64,000 bases of DNA from assembly GCA_030704615.1 (NCBI GenBank), contig CM060732.1:57164001-57228000 (forward strand). Reading direction: 5' to 3'. The position numbers and the translations under genes are program-made. Of the stretch, positions 38,917 through 50,302 are shown in pieces (the first letter of the stretch is position 1; each line of letters begins with the position of its first letter). The notes below the pieces were generated by a model. The model had not been told where the DNA came from. It saw nothing but the letters and a program-made list of their open reading frames with translations, and made no database searches. Origin of the DNA: Takakia lepidozioides. Lineage: Eukaryota; Plantae; Bryophyta.

Positions 38917-41900
38917 TTAGACAGAGAGAACCCAGGTTATTAGGGCACCAATTATAAAGAGTAACAAATATGAGAATCCAAATGCCTTTTTAGTCCGTCT
39001 GATAGTTGGTTGCAGCGTTCCTCCTCTCAAAGGTGAACGGTAAGAAGGTCTTCGAGAAGAAACACATTTAGCAAAAAGGTAGAGCACTGGAGAGACCAGC
39101 ATGCACAACAATGCCACAGTGACCGCCACCATCTCCCGACCCTCCATATGGTTAATCTTCATTCTGCAAATGTCAACAAAAAATTGTCTCAAGGGTCAGC
39201 GCAAAATACGGCGTTCTTCCTCAGAGCTAACTCTCAACAGGATTTATAATGTACATGCTTCAAAAAATATATCCAATTTGGGCAACCACTTTGCTGTCAA
39301 GATGCTAGGGCGCTTATGTTTTTGCAACATGTGGAGGTGGGAGACTGCTGAGTGTAACGCTGTTATAGAGATGCTATAGCTTGTGGCCATTGGTCCCACA
39401 GAAAAATAACATACATTGGCAAAGTAACAGCCAAAATGCCCTGGTAGCCAGTGATACTATTACTTTATCCTCAAGAATGTGGCTCTGAGATGCAAAAGTA
39501 AAAGATGAAAGTACAAAGAGAATGTACTCATAAGACACTTTTTGCGATAGCCTTGTGGCCATAGACCACACGCCCAGTTTTGGCGGAACAAGTGTGTATA
39601 AGAGAGAGACAGAGACAGGAAAGAAATTTTCATGCGTCCACAGAGGCCCAAGGAATGCACATAAGACAACACAGGAGACACAGATAGAGAGAAAACCTCA
39701 TGAATTCCATCTCAGCACGAAGCTGACTCAGTTGCATTGAAACTTTGGCCTCCAATGCCGCATTCTCAATCCCCCTCTTTGTCTCCTGCATAAAGACATA
39801 TCCACTTAGTTTGTCAGGAACTCGTACTATTTTCAAAAGAGACATAAGATTGGCTTAGAAGACTTATACCTTGGAGCAGCACCCTGTTTCGTAAGGGGCA
39901 GAAAGAGTGAAAGAAAACGACAATTTCTCACATCCACTGGATGCCTGAAATGCTATTGGCCAAGGAAGAAAGAAACTTTAATGTTCTAAGTCCCAAAATA
40001 CTGACACCCTCACAGCCCTAACAAGTGCCACCCTAATAGGAGAAAGAAAGTAATAGCTCCAGAGAGACTGAGGCTTAAAGAAAGCAAAACTAACAAGAGA
40101 CGGGGACAGAGGGGTGCAGAAGGCTCACCATCTCATGCAGGCGCAAGGCCAACAAGGAAGTGGTTGCAGACTCATTGCGCAGGCGTGCTGTAAGAGCTGC
40201 AAGGTCCTTGTCAAGATCATTGAACATTTCTTTGTATTTCAGACTCAAATCTTCTAAGTAGCCGTCAAACAGCGACTGACTTAGCTCCAGCGACTTCACT
40301 TTTTGCATCAATATTTTCATAACTGAATCTCCGGAGGGCCGCCCGCCTTGCGTATGCGATACCAGTTCTTGAACACCATCTCCAACTGCCACTTTGAGAT
40401 CTTCCTCTTTTCCCTTAGCTGCTACCCCTCCAACTTCTACAGCTGTGGCATGCTCTCCATTGACCGATTGCAAAGGCGCCATTAACAACAGATCGAGAGA
40501 ATCAGGAGAGGGAACCTGTGCAGCCTCTACGGTGGAACTTGCAGGCACCGGTGGAGGTGCTTGAGTACCTGGGGTTGACCCTGAGCTCCCCACAACCACA
40601 CTCGCCAAAGCAGTTTCATTCGGTGAGGATGTCCTTAGTCCGGAGTCTCCATCTTCCCCAGCCATCCAATCCTCTAAAAGATGTTCGATGGCATCAACTC
40701 CATGGACATGTAGCATGCTAAGTGTGCAATAAAACTCCGACCCATAGTGAGTTATCAACCGGAGCATCAAACACCTCACCCACTTGGGTTCTGCTAGACT
40801 AAACTTCTGAGGATGCCTAACATTTTCAGCTTCGAACTTGCCAAGGGACATCCAATCTTCAGTTGGGTAAACATCGGGACTGCCTTGCAGCTCAAACTCC
40901 TTCACATTGGATGAATGAAACTCATAATTAGCAATGACTACATTATCCACTAAGGTCTCCTCTGAAAGCTCAACCACAACAAATTTCTCCTCAGCACTAC
41001 AGGGGTTGCGCAGGTACTTATCTTTGTCTGACACAAGAATATGACCAGCCCCTTTTGCTTCCTTATTAGATGCAACAACTTTTGCACCATGTGAAGTGTC
41101 TGCATAATTATAGCTACCATCACGATTTTGGTGCCGGATATGGATAGGAAGGGTACTTCCATTCACAGGATGATGACCTTGCTTTTTGTCAATGATTGAC
41201 TTTTTGTACTCATCAAGGCTGACAACCCGATCTGCACGAGAAGGTCGGCTGGCCTCCTCCTGTACAACAACTGCTCCCTCCACACTACCTACGTTAACAG
41301 CCTCACTACCTCCGTCATCGAGCATGGGTTGTTTTCCAAGATATCCACCAGTTTCTGCGTGGCTGCGATCTTGGCCAGTAGCAGGACCACCAACATCGCT
41401 CAAAGCCTCTGATTGCGCAGCACCCAGGGAAAGCTGGGAAGATGGCTGCAGGCTTCCAGGATACAGATCCGCAGGAACATGTGGTTTATTCACAATCAGG
41501 TCCAGTAGTGAGGAACCACAAACACAGACGCGGGAAAGAGACCCAGTTAAGAAACTTCTGGAAGATGTGCTACACAGCGGCTCACAAGAGGCTGTGCCAG
41601 AAAGAGGGTCACGTCGGCAAAGTAGGAATTCATCTGCATCCTGATCCTGATTGGCAGAACTATGTGCATCTTGAGTTTGACAGAGGTTGTCCACTGTCAT
41701 GGTCTCGTCAAGATGTGGAAGCTCTTCTATTGAGTTTGGACCACCTAGACAAGGAGGGGAAACTGTTTGCCCGTCATCTTCTTGAACCTGGCAATCAGCC
41801 CCACCCGAGTCTCCGACCAGGCAAAGCTTCATGCTGCCATCCCCAGCTCTGCTTCGTGCTAGAAGGTCGGCTCCGTAGTCTTTGTAATGCATCGCATCAA

Positions 41901-43838
41901 GAATTAGTGCATCTGAATCTCCAACAGTTTCCATAGCATTCTCAACATTCAATCGGCTTTCCTCATCTTCCGAAACCTTGTCCTCAGGACTCTGACTTAC
42001 TTCATCAAGTGTGGATCCTTCACCTGTCTGAGAAGTTATATCCTCGTTATGAGAACAGTCATCATCATGAGAGCTCCGTGAGCCAGGATCCTCATCAGTC
42101 CCAACGCTACCTACTTCAGATTTTGTGTTGACATTTACAACATCGATTGCTGCCTGTACAGGTCGGTCACCACCAACCTCGCCAGCTGTCTCTTTAACTT
42201 CGGCAGCCTGGGATTCCCTGCCAATGACCATTTCACCTTCAAAATCTGATGAGCTGACCGCCAACTGTGCATTCTCCTGTGTGGAGTGGACAACAGTGCA
42301 TTCATTCTTGTTGGACTCCATGCAGCACATATCGGTGCTGGACGGATTTGACTCAGTAACAGAACACTGCTGAGCTCCATCTTGCGAGCCTTCCAGCACA
42401 TCAGTGCTTATATCCTTGAACTTCTCACTCCGAAACACAGATCGCCATGGCTGCTTGATGTCAGAACCTGTCAGAACCCATTGATGTCAGAACCTGCAGT
42501 GGCCAGATTTCTTCAGTTTTGGGCATACCATTCTACCATGCTTGGTCAGGCAATTACGACTGGAAAGGGTAGAATGTCATTCAAGTACACAACAGATAGG
42601 TAGGTAATCCATTTCTGCAACAAGTGCCACATCTCTTACATACTTTCAGAGTTTGAATTGCACCAGTCTTCTTACCTCATGCCTACACAGCATGTGAGGT
42701 GGAAAGATGACAAAAAATACAGTATGCCTCCTTCTTTCTTGATTCAGACGTTACTACTTCATCAAATTATTTCTGATGCCACAGAAGTCATAAGTCTCTT
42801 CCGTTCTTTCTTCCTTTGTTCTTTCTGTATCCACTCAGCACTTCCCTCTAGGTAGGATCATAGGCCTGACAAACCCCTTGTGACTGTGTCCTTCGTATCT
42901 CTGAAACTCCATACACCTTATCCCAGACGTTGGCCATGTAGACTTGGCGGGCAGGCAGAAGCTAGCGTCAAGGAGCCTGCGGATGACCTTAACCAATCCT
43001 TCATTCTTTGGACATCTATCATGTAAAACATTTTCACAGTCCGGAAGGCACACTCCCCAACCTAGCAGTCTCTTGAGCACTGACTTCTTCTTACTGCAAG
43101 TCGGTGAATCTTCTCTGAATTATGGTGATCTAGGGACTCGTTGCTTAAAGACTTACAGTGGGCATATCTTGGAGGCTACGACCCCATTTCACGACAAAGG
43201 GGCCCAGGCGGTGCCTCATCAAGTTGGGACTTCTGAACCTCTTGGGCACGGAAGGTTACGAATACCCCATTTCGCAGTATGACATCAAGACTGTGTTGAA
43301 GTGCAGGATTATGATCGGAACCCATTTCAATCCATCTATGTCTCTCCTCGCATAGCACAACAGCTCTCACTCTCATTCCTTCTAGTTGCCTGGAGGACTT
43401 CAGCACCCACTCGAAATTCCAGTTGAATTCCGTGATAGCTAACCCATAACATGATGGGCCACGAAAAAACTGAACAAAATGCAAATACACTGGTATGAAA
43501 TTGAACATCCCAGACAGCAAAAACCCAGCGACAGAGTGATAATCCGATCCATACAGCGCTGTCCCCAAAATCAAGTCACCCTTTCGGCACTACGTTAGAC
43601 ACCCCTTAACAGAAATGGGCAATCGATGCATTCAATCAGATGGCATCACTAGGCAGATCATCATACCGTGGTAATCATTATCGCTATGACTAAACGAGGA
43701 GTTGAGCAGAAGGAACAGAGCCCAGGCCACAACGATGACTGCACACGGCACCCCGTAGCACCGCCGAAGCTTTGGTGCTATGTTCCCCTGCAGAGCCCGC
43801 TTTCCTCTGTTCTTGCCTCGTCCAGTTCGCTTCTGCAT
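38917..43838 (-). CDS. Mid-SUN domain protein (SUN3/4/5, Slp1-like), ~948 aa
   Basis: Exons 43838-43667, 42467-40129, 39785-39697, 39163-38917 (2847 nt, in frame). N-terminal TM, SUN domain YNYA...KDKYLRNPCS...ELSEETLV...HYGSEFYCTLS, coiled coil KILMQKVKSLEL, two C-terminal TMs. Confidence 0.92.
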
Positions 43839-45134
43839 CGCTCAAGCCCCCATACTCCCCTTCCAATTCCGCCTCCTCCACCCTCTTCGTCCAATCTATC
43901 TCCCCCTTCCGAAAATTCTTCCCTTCCGCCCCCACTCCTTCACCTCCCTACTTTTGCAACTCCCCCCTGCTCCCTCACAATCTGAAACCTCAAATCCCCA
44001 TAACTAGAACTCAAAATGCATCGCCACAAACCCATCATTCTCAATCCCATTCTCGATGGGACCACCGACATCCAGCCTCCAACCAAGATCTGCCCTTTCC
44101 TGCCTCGACCGATCTCTGCGTCTCTAGTCTCTAGTACTCTACCCCCGCAAGAGGGGCAGACTCCCACAGTTCCGTGCAGAACATAAAGAAGCTCCCAAAG
44201 AGCCCACGGAAGTTATGGCGGGCAATGCCGAACGAGTTCTTTATCAGTATTAAATATCAATATACATCTTTTATAATTCCCATAATTCCCAGATACCGTA
44301 GAACGAATGAATGACTTGCCGCCCACGCAGATCGTCATCCAGTACCTCATCCATTTCCTCACAATCGGCATGGACCTTTCCATCCCGGTCAATCATTTGG
44401 GTATATAACAGTAAATTATTAAACTAAAAACAAATGCCAGTTCACGGTGGCGTCGTGGCGGCTCCCAGTCCTGCCACGTTGGAAAAGAGTTTTCGCTACC
44501 GAATCGAACCTTCACACGTGTCTATGAGGCGTCGATACCAGCATGGCCTTCTTGTCCAGTTGTCCCAAACAATGCTAAAAACAGGGAACGCTAAAACAGG
44601 GTAGATTCGGTACTCAGATATGCAGTCTTATACAGGGCTGAGTCATTGACAGCCAAAACTCCAAGGCTATGGTAGACTAGGGACAGCTTAGGCTATTGAG
44701 AGAAGACGGCGGTTACCAGTTAGGTACCACATGGCTGCAAGAGCTTGTTTTGCGTTGTTCCGCACGGTGGGATCGCGTGCTGCCTACACATATACTCTAC
44801 CAATAGCGACACGGCAAGTCAGAACGGTATTAGTAGAGAGACCTCCTCCAATTGAAGTTAGTGTCAATGAGAGCCTTTCTTTCCTTCTATGTATTTTCAT
44901 CCATTTATGTCATCCATATTTGGTAAATTTATCTCTAATGTTTTTTTCTCTTTGTAGAAGGTTTGGCAATTTCATCCATGAAAAAATTGGGAATTTATGA
45001 CAGAATATTCTATTTTAATTTTTTGAGGTCGCCATTTGGCGATTTTCCGCCAAAGAAAAAAACACTGCTAATATGGTTAGTCAGTGAAGCTTCAACATCT
45101 GGAGATTGTAATTAGATTAGTACCACCTATTTAA

Positions 45135-45950
45135 CCCTCAAGTTCCCAAGCGACCCCAATGGGGTCACTTTGAATTTGCAATTCGACCTAATTTTTGCAG
45201 ATCTAATCTGATGGGGCCCACTCCTGAAGCTTTAATGACAAGGGATTTGTCTCGAGTATGATGCAAAAAACAAAATTAAAAAAAACAAAAGCTACTACCT
45301 ACAAAAAATATCTTATCATTTACGTTTTGGGCCCTGAAAAGGGCTTGTTGACCGCTGACGTGGCAGGTAAACAAGCCCAAAACAGATTGCACTCCAAAGG
45401 CCATTTTTGGCAGAAAATTAGCAATTTTGGAAAAAGCGCTTCACCTTGTGGTGTGTGAGCATTACACATCCACCATTGACTTTTAAATTTTTTGTAGAAA
45501 AAAAAGTACTTCATTTGGAGGCACATTTTCTCTTGTCAATTTTGAGATTTCAACCCCCCATGTAATTGCATGCATAGCAAGCATAGGTGAAAAAATCAGT
45601 TGGACCTGCAATTTAGTGGGGTCATAGCCACTCCACTATTGATTTGGAATTGGTGGGTCTTGGGGCAAGCAAAATTGGATAAAGCTAGGTTTTGATTTGG
45701 TCAAACCAATTTCTTTCTCACTTTTTCTTTGGGACCTGATATTTGAGGTCTGGGCCAATGCTATAATCTCACAATTTGCACGGTGGACTTGGCTCATTTT
45801 TTGGTATGACATGCATAAATGAGCTGGACCCAATGCTACCCAATGCTATAAGGCTGGAATCTGATTTTTGGTAGGTTTCTAGGGGCAATTTACTGCAGCT
45901 GGGTACCCAAAATTGGTAAAGAGTCAAAAAAGGGCTTGGGAGCTTAAGGG
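45135..45950. mobile_element. piggyBac-like non-autonomous element B, 816 bp
   Basis: TTAA(45131-45134)|CCCTCAAGTTCCCAAGC...GCTTGGGAGCTTAAGGG|TTAA(45951-45954); TIR 15/17 identical; palindrome GACCCCAATGGGGTC directly inside the left TIR. Confidence 0.78.
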
Positions 45951-46451
45951 TTAATCTATGGTTGCTTGCGGCCATTTTTCGGGTGTTAATTTGGTGAACT
46001 TGGATGTGCTCAGGTGTGTTGGATGTGTTGTGATGACTATGTGTTCGCTTGTTGATTGGTGCTCATGCACTCTAGTGCTCAGCCCACTCTCGGTCAGGCA
46101 CACTTTACGAGCTGCAAAACCCCTTGTTAACCGAAACCTCAAGAGAAAAAGGGGATATGCCCTTGGTAGAGTGGGGAAGCCCTTTTGGGGTCCATGGGGT
46201 TTGTTGGCTCTCTTGTAGAGTGAGACTTTGAGGAGACATGCAAGTCACGAGTACCTTACAACGTGTCAAGGCGCTGATTGGTGTGTTGTGCTGAGTCATG
46301 CTCCCTACTCTTACCTTCCTCTTATGTGTGCCAAAGCAAAGCAAGAGAGCCAATTGCCATTTGAGGCTTGTTTTAAGGGGGAAGCCCTTCGAGTTCCTAT
46401 CTACATTCCCACGGACATATATAAGTACTAATAAATCTAATCCCACAGATA

Positions 46452-47003
46452 CTGTCCCTGGACAACCGTTAGGCATTTTTGCGCCTAATAATAAATTCAA
46501 TCAATCAGCAAATTAGGCACGTTTTGAAAACCATTTCTCACATTAGGCATCTTCATGCTATAATTTTTTAGAATTAGGCACATGAGAAGAGAAAACATTT
46601 ATTTTCTTAAGAATAATATTACAAAATAGACACCCAATGCCCATGGGCCCTTCCAGACTCCAGCTACCTTTCCTTTCCTTTGAAACCCTAATATGATGAC
46701 ATTGTGGAATCCATGGAAGGGCCTTTCGAAGTTACTTACATGGAGCTCTCGCAAATAGATTGCGATTTGTAGGAAGTTATTTCCGCATTCATATATTTGT
46801 ATTGATTTTTATTCAATGAAATTTTGATCTCATTACAAACAACATGAGAAGAGGCCTGCAAGTTTTTTGCTGGAATTTTTGGGCATTAGGCACTTTGGTC
46901 CCATAGTTTCCGAACAATTAGGCCAAAATCTGAAAAATTCACAGAATTGGTTAGGCACTTTCATTTTGAATTAATTATCACCTAAACGGTTGTCCAGGGA
47001 CGG
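46452..47003. mobile_element. MITE with ~22-bp TIR, probably Tc1/mariner-like
   Basis: TA|CTGTCCCTGGACAACCGTTAGG...CCTAAACGGTTGTCCAGGGACGG|CA; internal TTAGGCA repeats; right TSD imperfect. Confidence 0.75.
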
Positions 47004-47153
47004 CAGCCTCATGTCAGCTTAGTGGGTTTAAAGGCACCTGTGTGTGTTGGATGTCACCCTTATGGCACCAATTATGGCCAACTCAACTATAAGACTAGGG
47101 GATAGTCAACCAGTTGGGCAAGGGTGTTGCGCCCCACCCAAGACTGGTTAAAA

Positions 47154-47340
47154 GTTAACACTCAGAAGAATCACCAGACTTCGGACATAGGCGCACCAAG
47201 GAAGTCCTTTTGATTGAGGTCTTGGTTAATCCCCAACTGGACGAATGCAGAGGTAGCTGCCATGACACAACAATCTGATCATGGTTCTAATTGCAATGTC
47301 CCCTGTGGAGCTCCAGGCCTGGAGGGTGAGGGGGACAGAC
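47154..47340. repeat. ~190-bp segment duplicated at 52555-52745
   Basis: GAATCACCAGACTT...AAGGAAGTCCTTTTGATTGAGGTCTTGG...GGAGCTCCAGGCCTGGAGGGTGAGGGGGACA occurs at both sites in the same orientation. Confidence 0.9.
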
Positions 47341-48264
47341 AGTTTTAGCACAGATAAGGGAGAAATTGATGCACTCAAAAGACATTGTTTAAGTCCTGCT
47401 CACTATGCTAACAGAATATGGGGGATCCACATAGCCAGAATGCAGATTCAAGACTCTAGTTCAAGTAGAAAGGGGGCAACTATGTGGACCCTCAGCCAGA
47501 TACGAGCTTTTGCATTTACTTGATCATCGATTCCTTTCAATAAGTTGCTTGTAAGTTCTAATTCAGCTGCACCCTCACCAGCCATATAATCCAGCTCCTC
47601 TGGTCCATCTTCATTCCATGAGTTCATGGCATACTTGACCTCTGAATAAAGAGATGCCACAGATAAGCTCCACCTTCAGCTGCTCTTCAAGCAAAGATTC
47701 TGCACAATTACCAATCACTGGGGGGTCTTTAACCACTCCAGATCTACGTATACTATCCTCGTCCACGTGGAATAATATATTTTGAAAAGAGAACATTGTA
47801 ATGGGAAGTAGAGACATGCTTGTCACTGGCAACAAAGCTTGGTAGCATCTGGCTATCCACCATAAGTATTTAACAAGGAACACCTTTGTTAGACTTGCCA
47901 GGGACAAATCTACCAACCACAGACAGCTGAGATGATTTGGTACTGTGGAGATGCTTTTCATGTATATAGATCCTTGACCTGTGAAGGCAGAGAGTTTGAG
48001 GATGTCAGACTTTTCCACCCTTGAGGACTTTCTTCACGCCTGCCCGTCCTTGCAATCTGTGGAGAACATCTCTGCAATAAGCTTTCCCATGTCTTCACTG
48101 CTTTCGTCAGATAGTCATGTGCAAGGTGTAACCATAACCTCTGCAGTACTGATTGTCACAATCAATAAAATCCATTGTTTCCTCCAAGCATACACACTGC
48201 TTAATTAGATGCAAGTCATCTCCACTCATGTTTGAAACAAATCATTTCACGCATGCTGCTTGTT

Positions 48265-48532
48265 TCCGCAATGGTCCCAACCAGAACAAAGGCACTGTCT
48301 CCAAAGAGTGAATGCGGTTCACATCCCATACAACTCTTCGCCCAACAAGCTTTGAGATGAATTAGGTGGCCATGTGCCAGTCATCGCACACCCAAAAGCT
48401 CTTGATCATCCGGGTAGGCATCCCTGGTGGCTCCAAAAGAAATGGTCACCTGCTCCCTGTGATGGCAAAGAGAAATCTCATTTTGCTCCTCCTTATCATG
48501 CAATGGAAAGCACATGTCATACCCAGCCTATA
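48265..48532 (-). pseudogene. Decayed DYW deaminase domain behind the PPR stop
   Basis: PPGMPTRMIKSFWVCDDWHMAT*FISKLVGRRVVWDVNRIH then, frameshifted, CLCSGWDHC, versus consensus RIIKNLRVCGDCH..TKFISK..REI.VRD.NRFHHF..G.CSC.DYW. Confidence 0.85.
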
Positions 48533-50302
48533 TCATCCACCCTGATCATTGACCTCCATACAGCTGTGCACTGGCTCCTTTCTCACACCTCTATCCTCCA
48601 TCATTTTTCTCACCTTTGCTTTCTCATCCCACCTGACAGCTGCAGCATAAATGGTTGATAGCAGTGCATATTCTGCAGGGTCATGTGGTTCCCACCGGAG
48701 AAAGGATTTTACAGCACGTTCCGCTATCTGTACATTGCCATGAAGTCTGCAGGCACCAAGCAATGTGCGCAACACGGAAGCATTTGGTTTCATTGGCATT
48801 TTGGCAATGAAGTCCTCTGCCTCATCCAAACGCCCTGCCCGACCAAGAAGATCCACCACGCAGCCGAAATGTTCCATAGTAGGTCTGAGTCTATAATCTC
48901 GACTCATGGAATCAAAATGGTGACAGCCTTGATTCACTAAGCCCAAATGGCTACATGCGGAGAGAACAGAACTGAAGGTGATACTGTTTGGCTTTAAACC
49001 TTCTTGTTGCATTTGTTCAAACAGTTGGAGGGCTTCCCTACCACACCCATGTTGGGCATATCCTGCAATCATTGCACTCCATGCAATCAAATTTCGTTTA
49101 ATCATTTTGTCGAACACTAGGCGAGCATCCTTTACACTCCCACATTTGGCATACATGTCAACAAGACTCGTTCCCAAGATGATGCATGGCACAATTCCAG
49201 CTTTGATGAGTTCAGCATGGATCCGCTTGCCCTTTTCGAGGGCTCCTAGGCCGGCACAAGCATTGAGAACACAAATGTACGTAATGCTATTGGGCACTAT
49301 CCCTTCCCGTTGCATTTCCACATATATTTTGAGAGCCTCTTCACTTTGCCCACATTGCACATATCCTGCAATGATTGCATTCCATGAGACCACATCTCGT
49401 TTAGCCATTCTGGTGAACACTTGCCGCGCATCCCTTATGCTACGGCACTTGGCATACATGTCAACAAGGGTATTCTCCACAATAATGTCTGGCACCAAAC
49501 ACACTTTCAGCATGTCAGCATGTACCTGCTTGCCCTTTTCCAATGCTCGTAGGCCAGCACAAGCATTGAGAACACAAATGAATGCAACCCTGTCAGGCGT
49601 CAACCCTTCCCGTTGCATTTTCCCGTAGAGTTCAAGAGCCTCTTCACCATGAGCCTGCTGAGCATATCCTGCAATCATTACACTCCATGAGACTACATCT
49701 CGTTTTACCATTTTGTCAAACACTGTCCGTGCATCCTTCATGCTCCCGCATTTGGCATACATGTGAACAAGACTATTTTCCAAAATAATGTCTGATGACA
49801 CTTTCAAACTGTCAGCATGGACCCACTTGCCCTTCTCCAAGGCTCCCAGGCTGGTACATGCATTTAGAATGGTACTGTAAGTCACTGCATCAGGTGTCAC
49901 CCCTTCCTGTTGCATTTGGTCATAGAGTTTTAAGGTCTCCTCAGCATGTCCATGCTTAGCATATCCTGCCATAACCATATTCCAGGTGAATTTATTTCGC
50001 TTAGGCATTTCCTCAAATACTCGTCGTGCATCCAAAATACTACCGCACTTGGCATACATGTTGATAAGGGTGTTAAATAAAAAGATGCTTGGCCTGAATT
50101 CGGTACAGTTTATGTGGGCATGCACCTGCTTTCCCTCTGCCAGTGCTTTCAATTTGATGCAAGCCTGCAGGAGACAGACATAAGTAGTGGAGTCTGTCTG
50201 AACAGTTCCTTGGTCCAAAATATGCAGTGCCTCTTTCAGCCTTCTCTCATTACAAAGTTTCTTCAAGTTCCCAAGGGATACTACACAACCATCCAACACC
50301 AT
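48533..50302 (-). CDS. PLS-class PPR protein (14 PLS motifs plus E1/E2), intronless, 589 aa; possibly a young pseudogene
   Basis: Uninterrupted ORF with L-S-P triplets, P2-L2-S2, E1 (LLGACRLHGNVQIAERA) and E2 (YALLSTIYAAA...RGVRKEP); no clear transit peptide. Confidence 0.85.
   Translation of the reverse strand: MVLDGCVVSLGNLKKLCNERRLKEALHILDQGTVQTDSTTYVCLLQACIKLKALAEGKQVHAHINCTEFRPSIFLFNTLINMYAKCGSILDARRVFEEMPKRNKFTWNMVMAGYAKHGHAEETLKLYDQMQQEGVTPDAVTYSTILNACTSLGALEKGKWVHADSLKVSSDIILENSLVHMYAKCGSMKDARTVFDKMVKRDVVSWSVMIAGYAQQAHGEEALELYGKMQREGLTPDRVAFICVLNACAGLRALEKGKQVHADMLKVCLVPDIIVENTLVDMYAKCRSIRDARQVFTRMAKRDVVSWNAIIAGYVQCGQSEEALKIYVEMQREGIVPNSITYICVLNACAGLGALEKGKRIHAELIKAGIVPCIILGTSLVDMYAKCGSVKDARLVFDKMIKRNLIAWSAMIAGYAQHGCGREALQLFEQMQQEGLKPNSITFSSVLSACSHLGLVNQGCHHFDSMSRDYRLRPTMEHFGCVVDLLGRAGRLDEAEDFIAKMPMKPNASVLRTLLGACRLHGNVQIAERAVKSFLRWEPHDPAEYALLSTIYAAAVRWDEKAKVRKMMEDRGVRKEPVHSCMEVNDQGG

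Noticed and set aside
48978-49628. Long antisense ORFs over PPR and other genes
   Set aside because: Shadow ORFs of the coding strand.
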